Counted from the first letter of the stretch, positions 11,531 through 22,640 are shown. The stretch: 30,649 bases of DNA from Octopus sinensis (GCF_006345805.1 NW_021832487.1:1-30649), one strand, 5' to 3'. Made by a program: numbers and translations. Notes: generated from the letters alone by a model not told the origin.

Positions 11531-12228
11531 CAATGTGTATGTGTATGTGTGTTTGCACAAATGCCGTAACCCGAGCAACGATGCCTTTTGTCGTGTGCAT
11601 ATCACAACGATGGCAACACTGTGCACATGAGATGTTGGTTTCATTCTGAGATCATTGACAACCACGAAAAAAGGTCACCATGCTACTCCTGTAGCTAACA
11701 TTTGTTTTCTGTGTCTTAGACCATCGATTCCTTCTGTGGTCACCACAAAGGAATCCGAGTGAATCCAACGCCGCCACGCAAAGCAGAATGATTCGGTGCT
11801 AGATTTAAACTATTGGGAGTGATGAAAATAAAACTGAGAGTCTCTTCCCAAGAGAGAAAACGTGGAAGATATGCAGTGATATGTATATGGTCGGAAATTC
11901 TGTCGCCTTAAAATCGAGTAGACTCAGCTAAAGACACTCCAGCGTCAGTGGAGTGGAGTGTGATGTCTAAAGCGTTGATCAATCAGATCTTGCAGCCAAA
12001 ATCCGGCATGCTGTTGTACCCACCAGAAAGGCCTCGCTGCTAAGTCCATTTGCATCCGTTTCCACATCACGAAAAAGATTCAAAGTTCTCTCTGCAAGCC
12101 ACCCCCTCTCTCTTCGGTGCCTATGTTTATACAAAGGAATGGTTATTGATTTGGTTCGATACAACGTGGCACCAGATCTCCAAGAACCGGAGGAGATACT
12201 GCAAGACATTCTTTCCAAAAGGCTCACA

Positions 12229-12372
12229 CAGTGGTTCTGAACCAGGGTCCATGTGACTCTTGGAGGTCCATTTAAGATTTTATTAAAATTCCTTTGCGAT
12301 AAACAGGTTATACGCCTTTTATTCACAAAATATTTTAATAATTCCTAATAATAATTAACTATAATAATTCAC

Positions 12373-12420
<48 letters not shown>

Positions 12421-12539
12421 TAATTAATTATAAAAATATACTAAGGTTATCTTTTTAATATACAGCAAATGGCTATGGAGGTCCAGTAGAATAGAATAAT
12501 TATCAAGGGCACCAGGAGCAAAAAATGATTGAACCACTG
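12229..12539 (+). mobile_element. Non-autonomous hAT (Charlie-like) element, left copy
   Basis: Termini CAGTGGTTCTGAACC...ATGATTGAACCACTG; decayed 8-bp TSD GGCTCACA/GTCTAACA. Confidence 0.72.
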
Positions 12540-12679
12540 GTCTAACAGTTCTGCCAAATTCACAAACCCTTGACACGAGGTTATGCTAGAAGATTCTTGC
12601 TTAACGTGAAACAGGTGCGATAGCATTCAACCGTGAACAACGTGTTCATGCAAGAACGATCTGTTTACCACACAGCAAT

Positions 12680-12810
12680 GGCAAATCGGCAGAATCGGTA
12701 GAGCGACAAATCGAATATCTTTTTGATATTTTTTTATTCATTGCACCCTGAATTCAAATTTCACCCATATTAATTTTGCCGTTCACCCTTTCGGATTCGG
12801 TGAAACAAGA
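12680..12810 (+). mobile_element. Old degenerate SINE 5' fragment, related to the SINE at 136-366
   Basis: GGCAAATCGGCAGAATCGGTAGAGC...CTGAATTCAAATTTCACC...TTCACCCTTTCGG aligns by eye with 138-255. Confidence 0.55.
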
Positions 12811-12844
12811 CCAAGTGTTTGTGAATTTGGCAGAACTGTTAGGC

Positions 12845-12967
12845 CAGTGGTTCAATCATTTTTTGCCTCTGGACCCCCTTGATAATTATTCTATTCTACT
12901 GGACCACCGTAGCCATTTACTGTATATTAAAAAGATAACCTTAGTATATTTTTATAATTAATTATTA

Positions 12968-13051
<84 letters not shown>

Positions 13052-13211
13052 CTATTATTATTATTGTGAATTATTATAGTTAATTATTATTAGGAATTGT
13101 TAAAATATTTTGTGAATAAAAGGTGTATAACCTGTTTATCGCAAAGGAATTTTAATAAAATCTTATATAAGGACCTCGAAGATCCACATGGACCCTGGTT
13201 CAGAACCACTG
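12845..13211 (-). mobile_element. Non-autonomous hAT (Charlie-like) element, right inverted copy
   Basis: Same termini. Flanks are GGCTCACA/GCCTAACA in reverse complement, the same insertion site as the left copy. Confidence 0.72.
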
Positions 13212-13856
13212 TGTGAGCCTTCTGGAAAGAATGCCATGCAGTATCTCCTCCAGTTCTTGGAGATCTGGTGCCACGTTGTATCGAACCAAGTAAATAACCA
13301 TTCCTATGTAGAAACATAGATGCCGAGGAGAGAGGGGGTGACTTGCAGGGAGAACTCTTAATCTTTTTCGGTAAACCATACTCAGGCTTGCACAATACAG
13401 GTGAAGATGAATCCTGGCTAACATTGACCAACGAAGAATTTCTTTGATATCATGACGAGTATTTACTGCAGCTTTCCATCAGCGACTTAAGGTTATAAGA
13501 AGACAACATCTGTTACAACGAGATTTGAAATGAGTTGTACGAGAATTCAGGTGAATTTCTGATTTATGCACAAAATCAGTTTGTGAAGTTTGCTTAATTA
13601 ATAATTAATTAGATGAGTTGATCTGTCAACAAACACAATAATATATTTTCTACAGTAATAACAAGTAATATTCATAGCCAGTTTAACATGGTTGTGTGTT
13701 CCAGTGGATTTTACGACGATTTTTGTAACCCCAAGAGAACATCTCCTCTAGATGGCTAACAATGCACAGATGCATCCGTTAAAACTGCGAGCAGCGGAGC
13801 GAACCTCTACCATCTTCTAGCGAGCAGATTCTCTAAAGTAGTGTTTCTCATCCAAG

Positions 13857-13857
<1 letters not shown>

Positions 13858-13893
<36 letters not shown>

Positions 13894-14069
13894 TACATAC
13901 ATATATATATATACATATATATACATACATATAAATATACATATATATATATATACATATACATATATATACATATACATACACACATATATATATACAT
14001 ATATATATATATATACACATATATACACACATATATACACACATATATATATACATATATACTATATAC

Positions 14070-14141
<72 letters not shown>

Positions 14142-14171
14142 ATATATATTATATATATATATATATATATA
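13858..14171. repeat. (TA)n/(TACA)n microsatellite
   Basis: Read directly. Confidence 0.95.
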
Positions 14172-14323
14172 AACGGCTGGCTTCATTCAGTTTCCATCAA
14201 CCAAATCTGCTCACAAAGGCTTTCGTAGGCCCGAGGGTTATGATAGAAGATATTTGCCCAAGGTACCACACACTGGGACTGGAGCGATGTGCTTGGGAAG
14301 CAAGCTTCTTACCACACAGCCAC
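14172..14323 (-). mobile_element. tRNA-derived SINE 5' half (GTGGCTGTGTGGTAAG family)
   Basis: Reverse complement reads GTGGCTGTGTGGTAAGAAGCTTGCTTCCCAAG...CAGTCCCAGTGTGTGGTACCTTGGGCAAATATCTTCTA...GCCTTTGTGAGCAGATTTGG..GGAAACTGAATGAAGCC. Confidence 0.85.
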
Positions 14324-14729
14324 AAATAATTTTGGAAATACTACAAAAGATACATTACTTACCAAATTTAAGAGTTTTCTACGCTTTCTGTGTTAGAGGA
14401 AGAGAAAATTTTAATTTCATAGAGGAAAGAATCGCCAGATGGACTCTGCATGCCGAACTAACTGGCAACACAAATGGCAAACGTTGATCAATAAGAACAG
14501 GTCTGGATAATAGCCATCCTCTCAGTTGACCACGAATCGGAATCCAGCCGGGAAGTCTAACGATGGTTCCTTCTCATAAGACCTTATTAGGTATGTATAA
14601 ATATACATACATATGTACATATATATATGAGATGTATTGGTATCTAGGAGACCGAAAGAATGGCAGGTAACGCTAAGTAAGTGCTATGGACAGACTGTAG
14701 TTAAACTGTTGGTTCGATAGTGATACATT

Positions 14730-14777
14730 GTCTCTGATGAAGGGATATCCATAATATCCCAGAAACAGCTGTAAGAC
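14730..14777 (+). ncRNA. Type I hammerhead ribozyme motif, minimal PLE type
   Basis: Stem I GTCT/AGAC, extended by GATA 14722-14725/TATC 14780-14783; CTGATGA at 14734-14740; stem II GGGATAT/ATATCCC with loop CCATA; GAAA at 14762-14765; palindromic stem III ACAGCTGT; GUA triplet at 14771-14773. Confidence 0.82.
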
Positions 14778-14849
14778 TATATCTATGCCTTTTCCTTATA
14801 AATTTTCTCAAAAAATCTTCACAGCCTTGGCTTTGTTATCTCATTTTGT

Positions 14850-14914
14850 CTAATATATATATACATATATACTACATGCATACATATATATATATTAAGA
14901 GACCACACCTTTTA

Positions 14915-15005
<91 letters not shown>

Positions 15006-15119
15006 ATATATATATATGTATGAATCAGTGTACATATATACATATACACATAAGCATTCATGTGCACATACATACACACATGAGGGTGTGTGAGAAGAGA
15101 GAGATACTCTATGTTTGTG

Positions 15120-15160
<41 letters not shown>

Positions 15161-15733
15161 ATTTACTGTGAATAAAAAGTTACAAGCGAAATATGTTTGA
15201 ACATATTTCGATATTTCAAATGTCATGAAATATATTTCAATGCACATATAACGGGAAAACAGTCATATTTTCTATATTTTAATATTCATCCATGACATAT
15301 ATATTATATATATATATATATATATATGCGTGTGTGTGTGTGTGTGCATACATATATACATATATATACATATATATACATATATATGTATGCGTGTGCG
15401 TATGCATATATGTAGGTATATATACACTTGAAGACAAACACACTCAGCACGTTCACGCACATAAATACACGCGTACTCATGTGCAAATACAAATTCTAGG
15501 AGAACTATGAATTTATATGAAGATATGTTTACTTTGTGTACATACCTTTCTGCTTATATGCATACAAAACATGCATATACACATATATACTTAACACACA
15601 CACACACACATACACACATTCATACTTACGTATATGTGTTGTATATACTCATGTACCTACATACACATTTATAAATTAGATTTATCAATAGATACATACA
15701 TACACTCATACGTGCAACATACTATATTTAAAT

Positions 15734-15772
<39 letters not shown>

Positions 15773-15871
15773 CATATACATAATCATATATATATACAAG
15801 GCTTTATATACATTGCATTTATTTATGCACTTATTACACAAAATATACATATATTTACATATTTTTACGTG

Positions 15872-15908
<37 letters not shown>

Positions 15909-15918
15909 AATATAAATA

Positions 15919-15975
<57 letters not shown>

Positions 15976-15988
15976 ACACAGACGCACA

Positions 15989-16034
<46 letters not shown>

Positions 16035-16077
16035 TATGTAAGTAATGATATATAAATATAAAAACATATACAAATAT

Positions 16078-16128
<51 letters not shown>

Positions 16129-16177
16129 CACACATATATATACACATATATATATACACACATATATATATATATAT

Positions 16178-16212
<35 letters not shown>

Positions 16213-16216
16213 AATG

Positions 16217-16271
<55 letters not shown>

Positions 16272-16335
16272 AATACAAATATATATATATATACAAATAT
16301 ATATATATACATATATATATATACATATGTATAAT
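14850..16335. repeat. Microsatellite-rich field: (TA)n, (TG)n, (CA)n
   Basis: Read directly. Confidence 0.9.
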
Positions 16336-16548
16336 CATGCACTCGGAACGAAAATTTTAAAGCGAAAAGTTCATACTTTATATTTTTACCCGGAGGTGAA
16401 TGTAAAGACACTAAAGTCGATGATACGAATAAATGTTTCCTATTAAATTCACAATAAACCGACAAGTGTTTCGTTTATTCAATTATTATATAATAGACAC
16501 TAAATAAAAGAAAATTACACGATATAGATTCCCCTTCTCCTACACCAC

Positions 16549-16579
<31 letters not shown>

Positions 16580-17629
16580 CCTCTTCTTCTTCTTCTTCTT
16601 CTTCGTTGCTGCCATATTGTCTTAGCTGTTGTTATTGTTAACATTGTTTTGTTCATAAATGACAAGAAGTTCACGCGTACAACAACTGCTCAAACTTACC
16701 TGCGTTACGTACGTTATTCATGGGAGAAAAATTTTTCAACAAGCAAGAATATTTGAAGAAAAGAAAAAGGCAAGGACTTCCTTCTTCTTCTTCTTCTTCT
16801 TTTTTTTTTCTTCGTCTTCTTCAAATATTGACAGCCTGCAGCGAAATTATTGATGAAATTTAATTGTACAACCATAAATTTCTATTTTTGATTTAATAAC
16901 ACATCGATGGAAGAATATATCAACGTACAACCGTATTTTATTGTAAGAAAACAATGAAAATGATGGAAAGATAAAAGAAGAAAAACAGAAAATTTGAAAA
17001 TAAGAAATGCGTCAAATGGAGAGAAAGAAAGAAGGAAAAAGAGAACCACAAAGAAAGAAGATGTTTTAGTTTGAAAGTAAAATGTGTAGATCAAAAGTGT
17101 AAAGCAATAGAAGAGTTTTTAAAGAATTAGAACCGCTGAGAAAAGCTTTCGGAGAAGTATTTTGTGTCGCGACATTTTGGTTAGAATAGTTTTAAAAAGT
17201 CATATTGTTGAAGAATTTTCTGATCTTTTGACGACAATTATCGAGAAATTATCTCGAAAATAACGTAGGAAATAATAGAGTTTGGTTGAAAATATATTTT
17301 GGCGGAGGAGGAGGAGGAGGAGGAGAAATATATGTAACAGAGTTTTGGCAGAAAATTATTTTAAAACTCATAAAGAAATATTTGATGTATTAAAATAGAA
17401 GGGAAAATGGAGATTTGCAGATTTCGTCTTTTTACTTTTCTTTGATTTTAATAAATCACAAACGAGAAAAATTACCAAACGAATGAACATTACGTTAAAA
17501 GCTTTATAGATTAATCGAGTTTAGTTTAAGCAAACGGATTAAACTACAAATAATTTCAAATAACAAAAAATATAAAATTATGAAAAGCACACATTAAATT
17601 ATCAGAATGATTGTGAGAATATATTTTAA

Positions 17630-18480
17630 TCTATATATAAAACTGAGAATATGTGTCTGTCTGTCTGTCTGTCTGTGTGTTTCCCTAAAACTTGAGAACT
17701 ACACAACCAATTTCATTCAAATTTTACACATGCCTTACTTAGGGTCCATGTAGTTTCATCGGCAAAAAAATGTTCAACTTCTTACCTAGAGCGAGCCCAT
17801 AGCAATATCATATCTTCTCCACTACGATTCCCTAAAACTTGAGAACTACTCAACCGATTTCAATCAAATTTTACACATGCCTTACTTAGGGTCCATGTAG
17901 TTTCATCGGCAAAAAAATGTTCAACTTCTTACCTAGAGCGAGCCCATAACAATATCATATCTTCTCCACTATTTCAGTATTACGTGTTAAAAGTGAAACA
18001 AAAACATTTCTCTGTTTTATGTCAGATGCTTTCACTTTAACAATAAAACTAATAAGAAGAATTGAATTATATGTAGTAAGTAATAATTAAAATCAAACTA
18101 AAGTATAATATTATCGTAACATAACATAAGTAAAAATAGCAATTGGTATAAAATTGCATCAATGACTTGAACTTGAATCAGTGGTTTCACATGAATGGGA
18201 ATAAATAAAAAATAAAATTTAAGTGCAGAAATGGAATAGTCCAGATGGAGGTGTGCACGGCTTTTACATTAGATTATTTGCTAATTAGCTAGCATGAAGT
18301 ATCTATATGAAATTTGGCTGTATGTAATGTCTGTTTTCTCGAAAGATGCTTCTACTGAGTACCGCTGTTGGTTTATTTCTGATCCATAAAGGCCTATAGT
18401 TTCAACAGAGTACCGCTATTTGGTTTACCGTAAGGTTTGTTATTATTATTTCTGTTTAACTATTGTTATCACGTTTGTTG
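17630..18480 (+). mobile_element. Non-autonomous Helitron-like element with an internal 147-bp tandem duplication
   Basis: 5' end A|TCTATATATAAAACTGAGAAT followed by (GTCT)n and a core ACAACCAATTTCATTCAAATTTTACAC, a Lep1-like non-autonomous Helitron layout. Core units at 17683-17824 and 17830-17971. The 3' boundary is uncertain. Confidence 0.6.
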
Positions 18481-18775
18481 GTTCCTCGTAAGGGGAGGGT
18501 TGTTGTGTTTGTCTGTCAGTGCGAATCCCTAAAACTTGAGAACTACACAACCAATTTCATTCAAATTTTACACATGCCTTACTTGGGGTCCATGGAGTGT
18601 CATGGGCAACGCTCTGGGCGCCATTGGGCTCACTCTCCAAGGCTACGACACCACAGTGAGCGCTATGGCGAACAGAGCTCGCTCTGGGCGCCATTGGGCT
18701 CACTGTCCAAGGCTACGACACCACGGTGAGCGCTATGGCGACCAGAGCTCGCTTGGCTTGGCTTGGCTTGGCTTG
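18481..18775 (+). mobile_element. Third copy of the Helitron-like core with a different 5' end and a GC-rich hairpin minisatellite
   Basis: CCCTAAAACTTGAGAACTACACAACC core at 18527, preceded by CCTCGTAAGGGGAGG and GTTTGTCTGT, followed by two 70-bp units and (GCTTG)5. Confidence 0.5.
18611..18750. repeat. Two tandem 70-bp GC-rich units, each a long hairpin
   Basis: 18611-18680 and 18681-18750 differ at 3 positions. Unit 2 folds as a 26-bp stem (3 mismatches, 1 G-U) with a 16-nt loop. Confidence 0.92.
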
Positions 18776-19004
18776 CACATATGCAATTGCGTTTTAGTCT
18801 ACGAAAACATGAAATAGGATAACATCGAAAACGATATTGCTTTGCAAACAACGAAAGCAACAGATGTAAAACAAGACAGGCAACATAAAAAGATGTATGC
18901 ATATGTGATGGTATGTATGTGTATGTGCATGTGTATATGTATGTATGCATGTGCATGTCTGTATATGTGTATATATGTATGTATGTGTATGTATGTGCAT
19001 GTCT

Positions 19005-20620
19005 GTAGTTCAAATTCTCTCAAACGGTTGCGGGCGGTTTATGGTGTAAAAATAACACCATTCTCGTTGGACAATTGTTTACGTCTGTCAGCATTCAGTT
19101 GCCTTCAGAAAGTCGGTGGATTCGACGGTCCAACTGCGCCATCGTTTTTCTTGCGTCGCCAGGCCTTTGCCGATCTTTATATTGACCAGTCTCCGAAAAT
19201 AACTTCCACGCTTGCACGCTAGCCGTTTAGTAATACTGCACTTTAGTAGTTTGCTGATGTTCGAAAAGGAAACTTTTTGCTGCTGGAATAACACGATTTT
19301 TGCTCTCTTGACTGGATCACCATCCAGATGGATCCACATATACCTCAACCTCAGCGCGGGCCTGCGCATCATCAGCCGAGGCATCCCTAGCCCACCCTTT
19401 AACGGTTGTTGGCAGCAAATAGAGCGTCTCACAAGCGTATTCGAACCCTTCCACAAGAAGCGGGAACGACGGTTAGGCGGTAGGTGATGACCGATGCAAT
19501 GAACACATTGGCCACCTCCGCCCTCCCTGGCTCAATTTTCGCAGCAATGGCTCAAGAGACATTACACACAAAAGCGGGGAGAGAGGACACCTTTGACGAA
19601 GCGAGCGTTTGAAGCTGAGCGGCTTAGATAAAAAACCGTTCATCCGAACTACCGAGTCGATGTTGTTATAAATTTCAATGATCCACCTGAGGAAGCTAAT
19701 ACCCAGGCCAAACTGTGCCAGAACGGATACCAGGTAATGATGGTCTACCCTATCAAAAGCCTTTGATTGGTCTAAATCGACCACTGTCCCTCCCTTGCAA
19801 GAATCATTATGAAACCCTTCCACAGTATACTGTAGAAGATGGAGATTATCCTGAATGGTTCTACCGGGAAACGGCACATGTCTGTACCTTCCCGATCAAG
19901 CCATCTGCGACACGCACCAATCTTTTCGAGAACACTTTCGCCAAAATCTTCAACTTTGTGTTTAGCAGAGTGATGGGCCGAAAATTATCAATGCAGTCCC
20001 CCCTTATTCGGGTCCTTTCTGACAAGCCTCACCACTTCCCGGCGCACAGATCTGGGAATGAACCCATTCTGCTGCCAGTTCGCATAGACATTTGCCAGCA
20101 GGTGACCGAACAAACCTGGCATACTCTTATACAGTTCATAGGGTAGACCATCCAGTCCCGGTGCCTTACTCGCGTTGCGGTGCGCCATAGCCTCAAGTAC
20201 CTCCTCAGCCGTGATCAGCCCTTCACAACACTCCGCGTCAAGCTCCGAGAGGCGTGGCAGCCCGGCGAGGTAATCCGTTAGGTCCCTCTTACTGTCCGGT
20301 CCGCTTCCTCCACCCCGAAAAGCTGGGCGAAGTGCTCCTGAAAGACCTCACGCATCTCTTCGGGCTCGTTTATCAACTTACCTCTTTGGTTCATCAAAGA
20401 TCGAATTGTGCCATCATTGCCACGTTGGGCTTCCACCACTCGGGCCCATCCTGCTGCCTTGATTCCTTCACAACCCAATGTACGAATCCTGGCTCCAACA
20501 ATGCAACCCATACGTTGGGCTTCGAGATGCTGGTTTAACGCCAGTCTCTTCGCCGTCACCTGAGCTGCAGAGCCAGATTCCATTGCTTCCTCCAAGTCCT
20601 TAGCTAATGCTAACCCCTTC
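19005..20620 (-). mobile_element. Tx1/L1-clade LINE ORF2 fragment (RT), frameshifted and internally deleted
   Basis: Minus-strand pieces KAPGLDGLPYELYK, PGRTIQDNLHLL, DLDQSKAFDRVDHHYL, LRQRCPLSPLL and KGGLGMP are diagnostic L1/Tx1 RT motifs. The YADD region is missing. Confidence 0.9.
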
Positions 20621-20628
20621 CTAGTATA

Positions 20629-20905
20629 TCTATATTTATAAAACTGAGAATGTGTGTCTGTCTGTCTGTCCAGCTGTCTGTTTGTCTATCTGTCTGTCTG
20701 TTTGTCTGTGTAAATCCCTAAAACTTGAGAACTACACAATCAATTTCATTCAAATATAACACATGCCTTACTTAGTGTCCATGTAGTGTTTTGGGCAAAA
20801 GAATATTTAACTTCTTGCCTAGGGCGGGCCCACAGCAATATCATTTCTTCTCCACTATTTCAGTATTACGTGTTAAAAGTGAAATAAAAACAGCTCTCTA
20901 TTGTA
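20629..20905 (+). mobile_element. Helitron-like element, another 5' portion
   Basis: A|TCTATATTTATAAAACTGAGAATG(TGTC)n...CCCTAAAACTTGAGAACT... homologous to 17630-18010. Confidence 0.6.
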
Positions 20906-20913
20906 TGTACATG

Positions 20914-21006
<93 letters not shown>

Positions 21007-21245
21007 ATATATATATATATATATGTGTAGATGTATATGTATACATGTATATGTATAGCTGTATATGTATATATATATATGTATACCTGTATATGTATAG
21101 ATGTATTTCTATAGATATACATGTATGTCTAGATGTATATATATATAGATGTACATGTAATATATACACATAAATATACACATATATACATGCATACATA
21201 TACACCCATACACGCACCTCTAACCCCCCCACACACACACACATA
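20906..21245. repeat. (TA)n/(TATG)n/(CA)n microsatellite
   Basis: Read directly. Confidence 0.92.
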
Positions 21246-21249
21246 CATA

Positions 21250-21580
21250 GGTGCAGGTGTGGCTGTGTGGTAACAAACTTGGTTCCAAAACACATGGTCC
21301 TCAGTTCAGTCCCACTGTGTGGTAACTTGGCATGTGTCTTCTGCTAAAGCCCCAGACCAACCAAGGCCTTGTCAGTGGATTTTGTAGGCAGAAACTGGAA
21401 GAAATCAATTGTATGTATATGTATGTATATATGCAAGTCCATGTGTGTGCCCTTGTGTTTCTCTCTCCTCACTGTTTCACAACTGGTGTTCGTTTATTTA
21501 CAGCCACTTAACTTACTGGTTCCACAAGAAGAAACTGATAGAATAAGTACCAGGCCTATCAAAATATAAAAAAAGCACTA
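21250..21580 (+). mobile_element. tRNA-derived SINE (GGTGCAGG.GTGGCTGTGTGGTAA family), diverged
   Basis: Head, GTTCAGTCCCACTG B-box region, internal (TATG)n and GATAGAATAAGTAC block shared with 7491-7810. Confidence 0.82.
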
Positions 21581-21853
21581 CGCAGTGTCTGATATTTTTG
21601 TTTGCCCACTCAGTTGAATCTATCAATTTATCTTTGTGTTTGTGTGTGTGTGTGTATACATATATATATATATAGATAGATATATATACGGGTGTGTGTG
21701 ATTGTGTATAGAAGAATATATTAATAAAAGGAATTCCAACCTTGTCTGATTTTCACGTTTTATTTACAATCTTATAATGATATAATATAATATAATATAA
21801 TATAATAAAATAAAATAAAATAAAATGATAGAATGTTAAATGTTCATTCTGAT

Positions 21854-21898
21854 TGAACAAGTACTTTCATGCATTAAATTCTGCAATCTTCAGGTTCA
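21854..21898 (-). ncRNA. Type I hammerhead ribozyme motif, minimal PLE type
   Basis: Minus strand: TGAAC CTGAAGA TTGCA GAATTTAA TGCAT GAAA GTAC TT GTTCA. Stem I TGAAC/GTTCA, stem II TGCA/TGCA, palindromic AGTACT stem III, CUU triplet. Confidence 0.8.
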
Positions 21899-21959
21899 TG
21901 TAGTAGTGGTGACAGTCATGCTTCACAATTTTTGACTGTAGTGAGATGATTAAATCTGT

Positions 21960-22070
21960 GCCTTAAATACAGCTGTGTAGGCTCCAGATTGCTAGGTTTT
22001 GCAAACTGTATTCTGACCAATCAGTGTGTAGTATCACTCAATTACTTAAGCTGATTGGTTTAGGCGTCAC
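21960..22070 (-). promoter_or_regulatory. Putative pLTR promoter motifs upstream of the hammerhead (CCAAT boxes, TATA-like motif)
   Basis: Inverted pair ACCAATCAG (22016-22024) and CTGATTGGT (22051-22059). Minus-strand TATTTAAG at 21969-21962, about 65 nt upstream of the ribozyme. Function is inferred. Confidence 0.35.
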
Positions 22071-22089
22071 GCTTTGTTGAACATGTCAT

Positions 22090-22320
22090 GTTGAACAGGC
22101 ATGGAAGAGATACGTTGACGACTGCTTCATAATCTGGACAGAATCTCTAAATACTCTGGAAGAGTTCAATATCCTCCTGAACAACCTACACCCATCTCTC
22201 CAATTTACAAAGGAGATGAGTAGTACCAAATTACCATTCCTAGATATAATGGTAATTAAAAAGGACACCACCATCACCACAGATATATACTATAAACACA
22301 CAGACACACATCAATACCTG
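22090..22320 (+). pseudogene. Penelope-like element reverse transcriptase fragment
   Basis: Uninterrupted frame VEQAWKRYVDDCFIIWTESLNTLEEFNILLNNLHPSLQFTKEMSSTKLPFLDIMVIKKDTTITTDIYYKHTDTHQYL, with the PLE motifs RYVDD, LPFLD and TDIYYKxTDTHQYL. Confidence 0.92.
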
Positions 22321-22584
22321 ATCATCCAATCAGCGTCAAACCAAAGCTTGATTCAATTTACTAGAATTTTTCTCCTTATGCTTCTTATAAGAAGGCGGGT
22401 TTTGATGGTAATCACGAAACTTTGAGTCAGTCTCACGTTGTGTCTCCATTCTCAACACATCCAGCCGATGACCGACAGTAGACAGAAATTTTCGTCGCCA
22501 CGAATACAGCGCAATTATTTCCCACTTGTAATGGGTAGGCACAGATTGCTATATCCGTTAACTGGTCGTAAGCCCTAAGCGGTA

Positions 22585-22640
<56 letters not shown>

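Larger units (their letters stand above)
12070..13370. repeat. Long inverted duplication: arms 12070-12572 and 12812-13370, ~240-bp spacer
   Basis: The arms are reverse complements over their full length, roughly 85-90% identical by eye. The internal (AAT)n tract differs in length between arms. Confidence 0.92.

Noticed and set aside
12050-13560. Possible coding exon in the inverted arms (…VRYNVAPDLQELEEIL…)
   Set aside because: No recognisable family, the frame is cut by the hAT insertion, upstream stops are present, and no splice signals support it.
18611-18750. Palindromic direct repeats as a CRISPR array
   Set aside because: Units are directly adjacent with no unique spacers, there are no cas genes, and the context is eukaryotic.
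22330-22560. Second minus-strand PLE endonuclease relic (…SYKKHKEKNSSKLNQ…)
   Set aside because: The resemblance covers only about 15 residues, too weak to call without a profile search.
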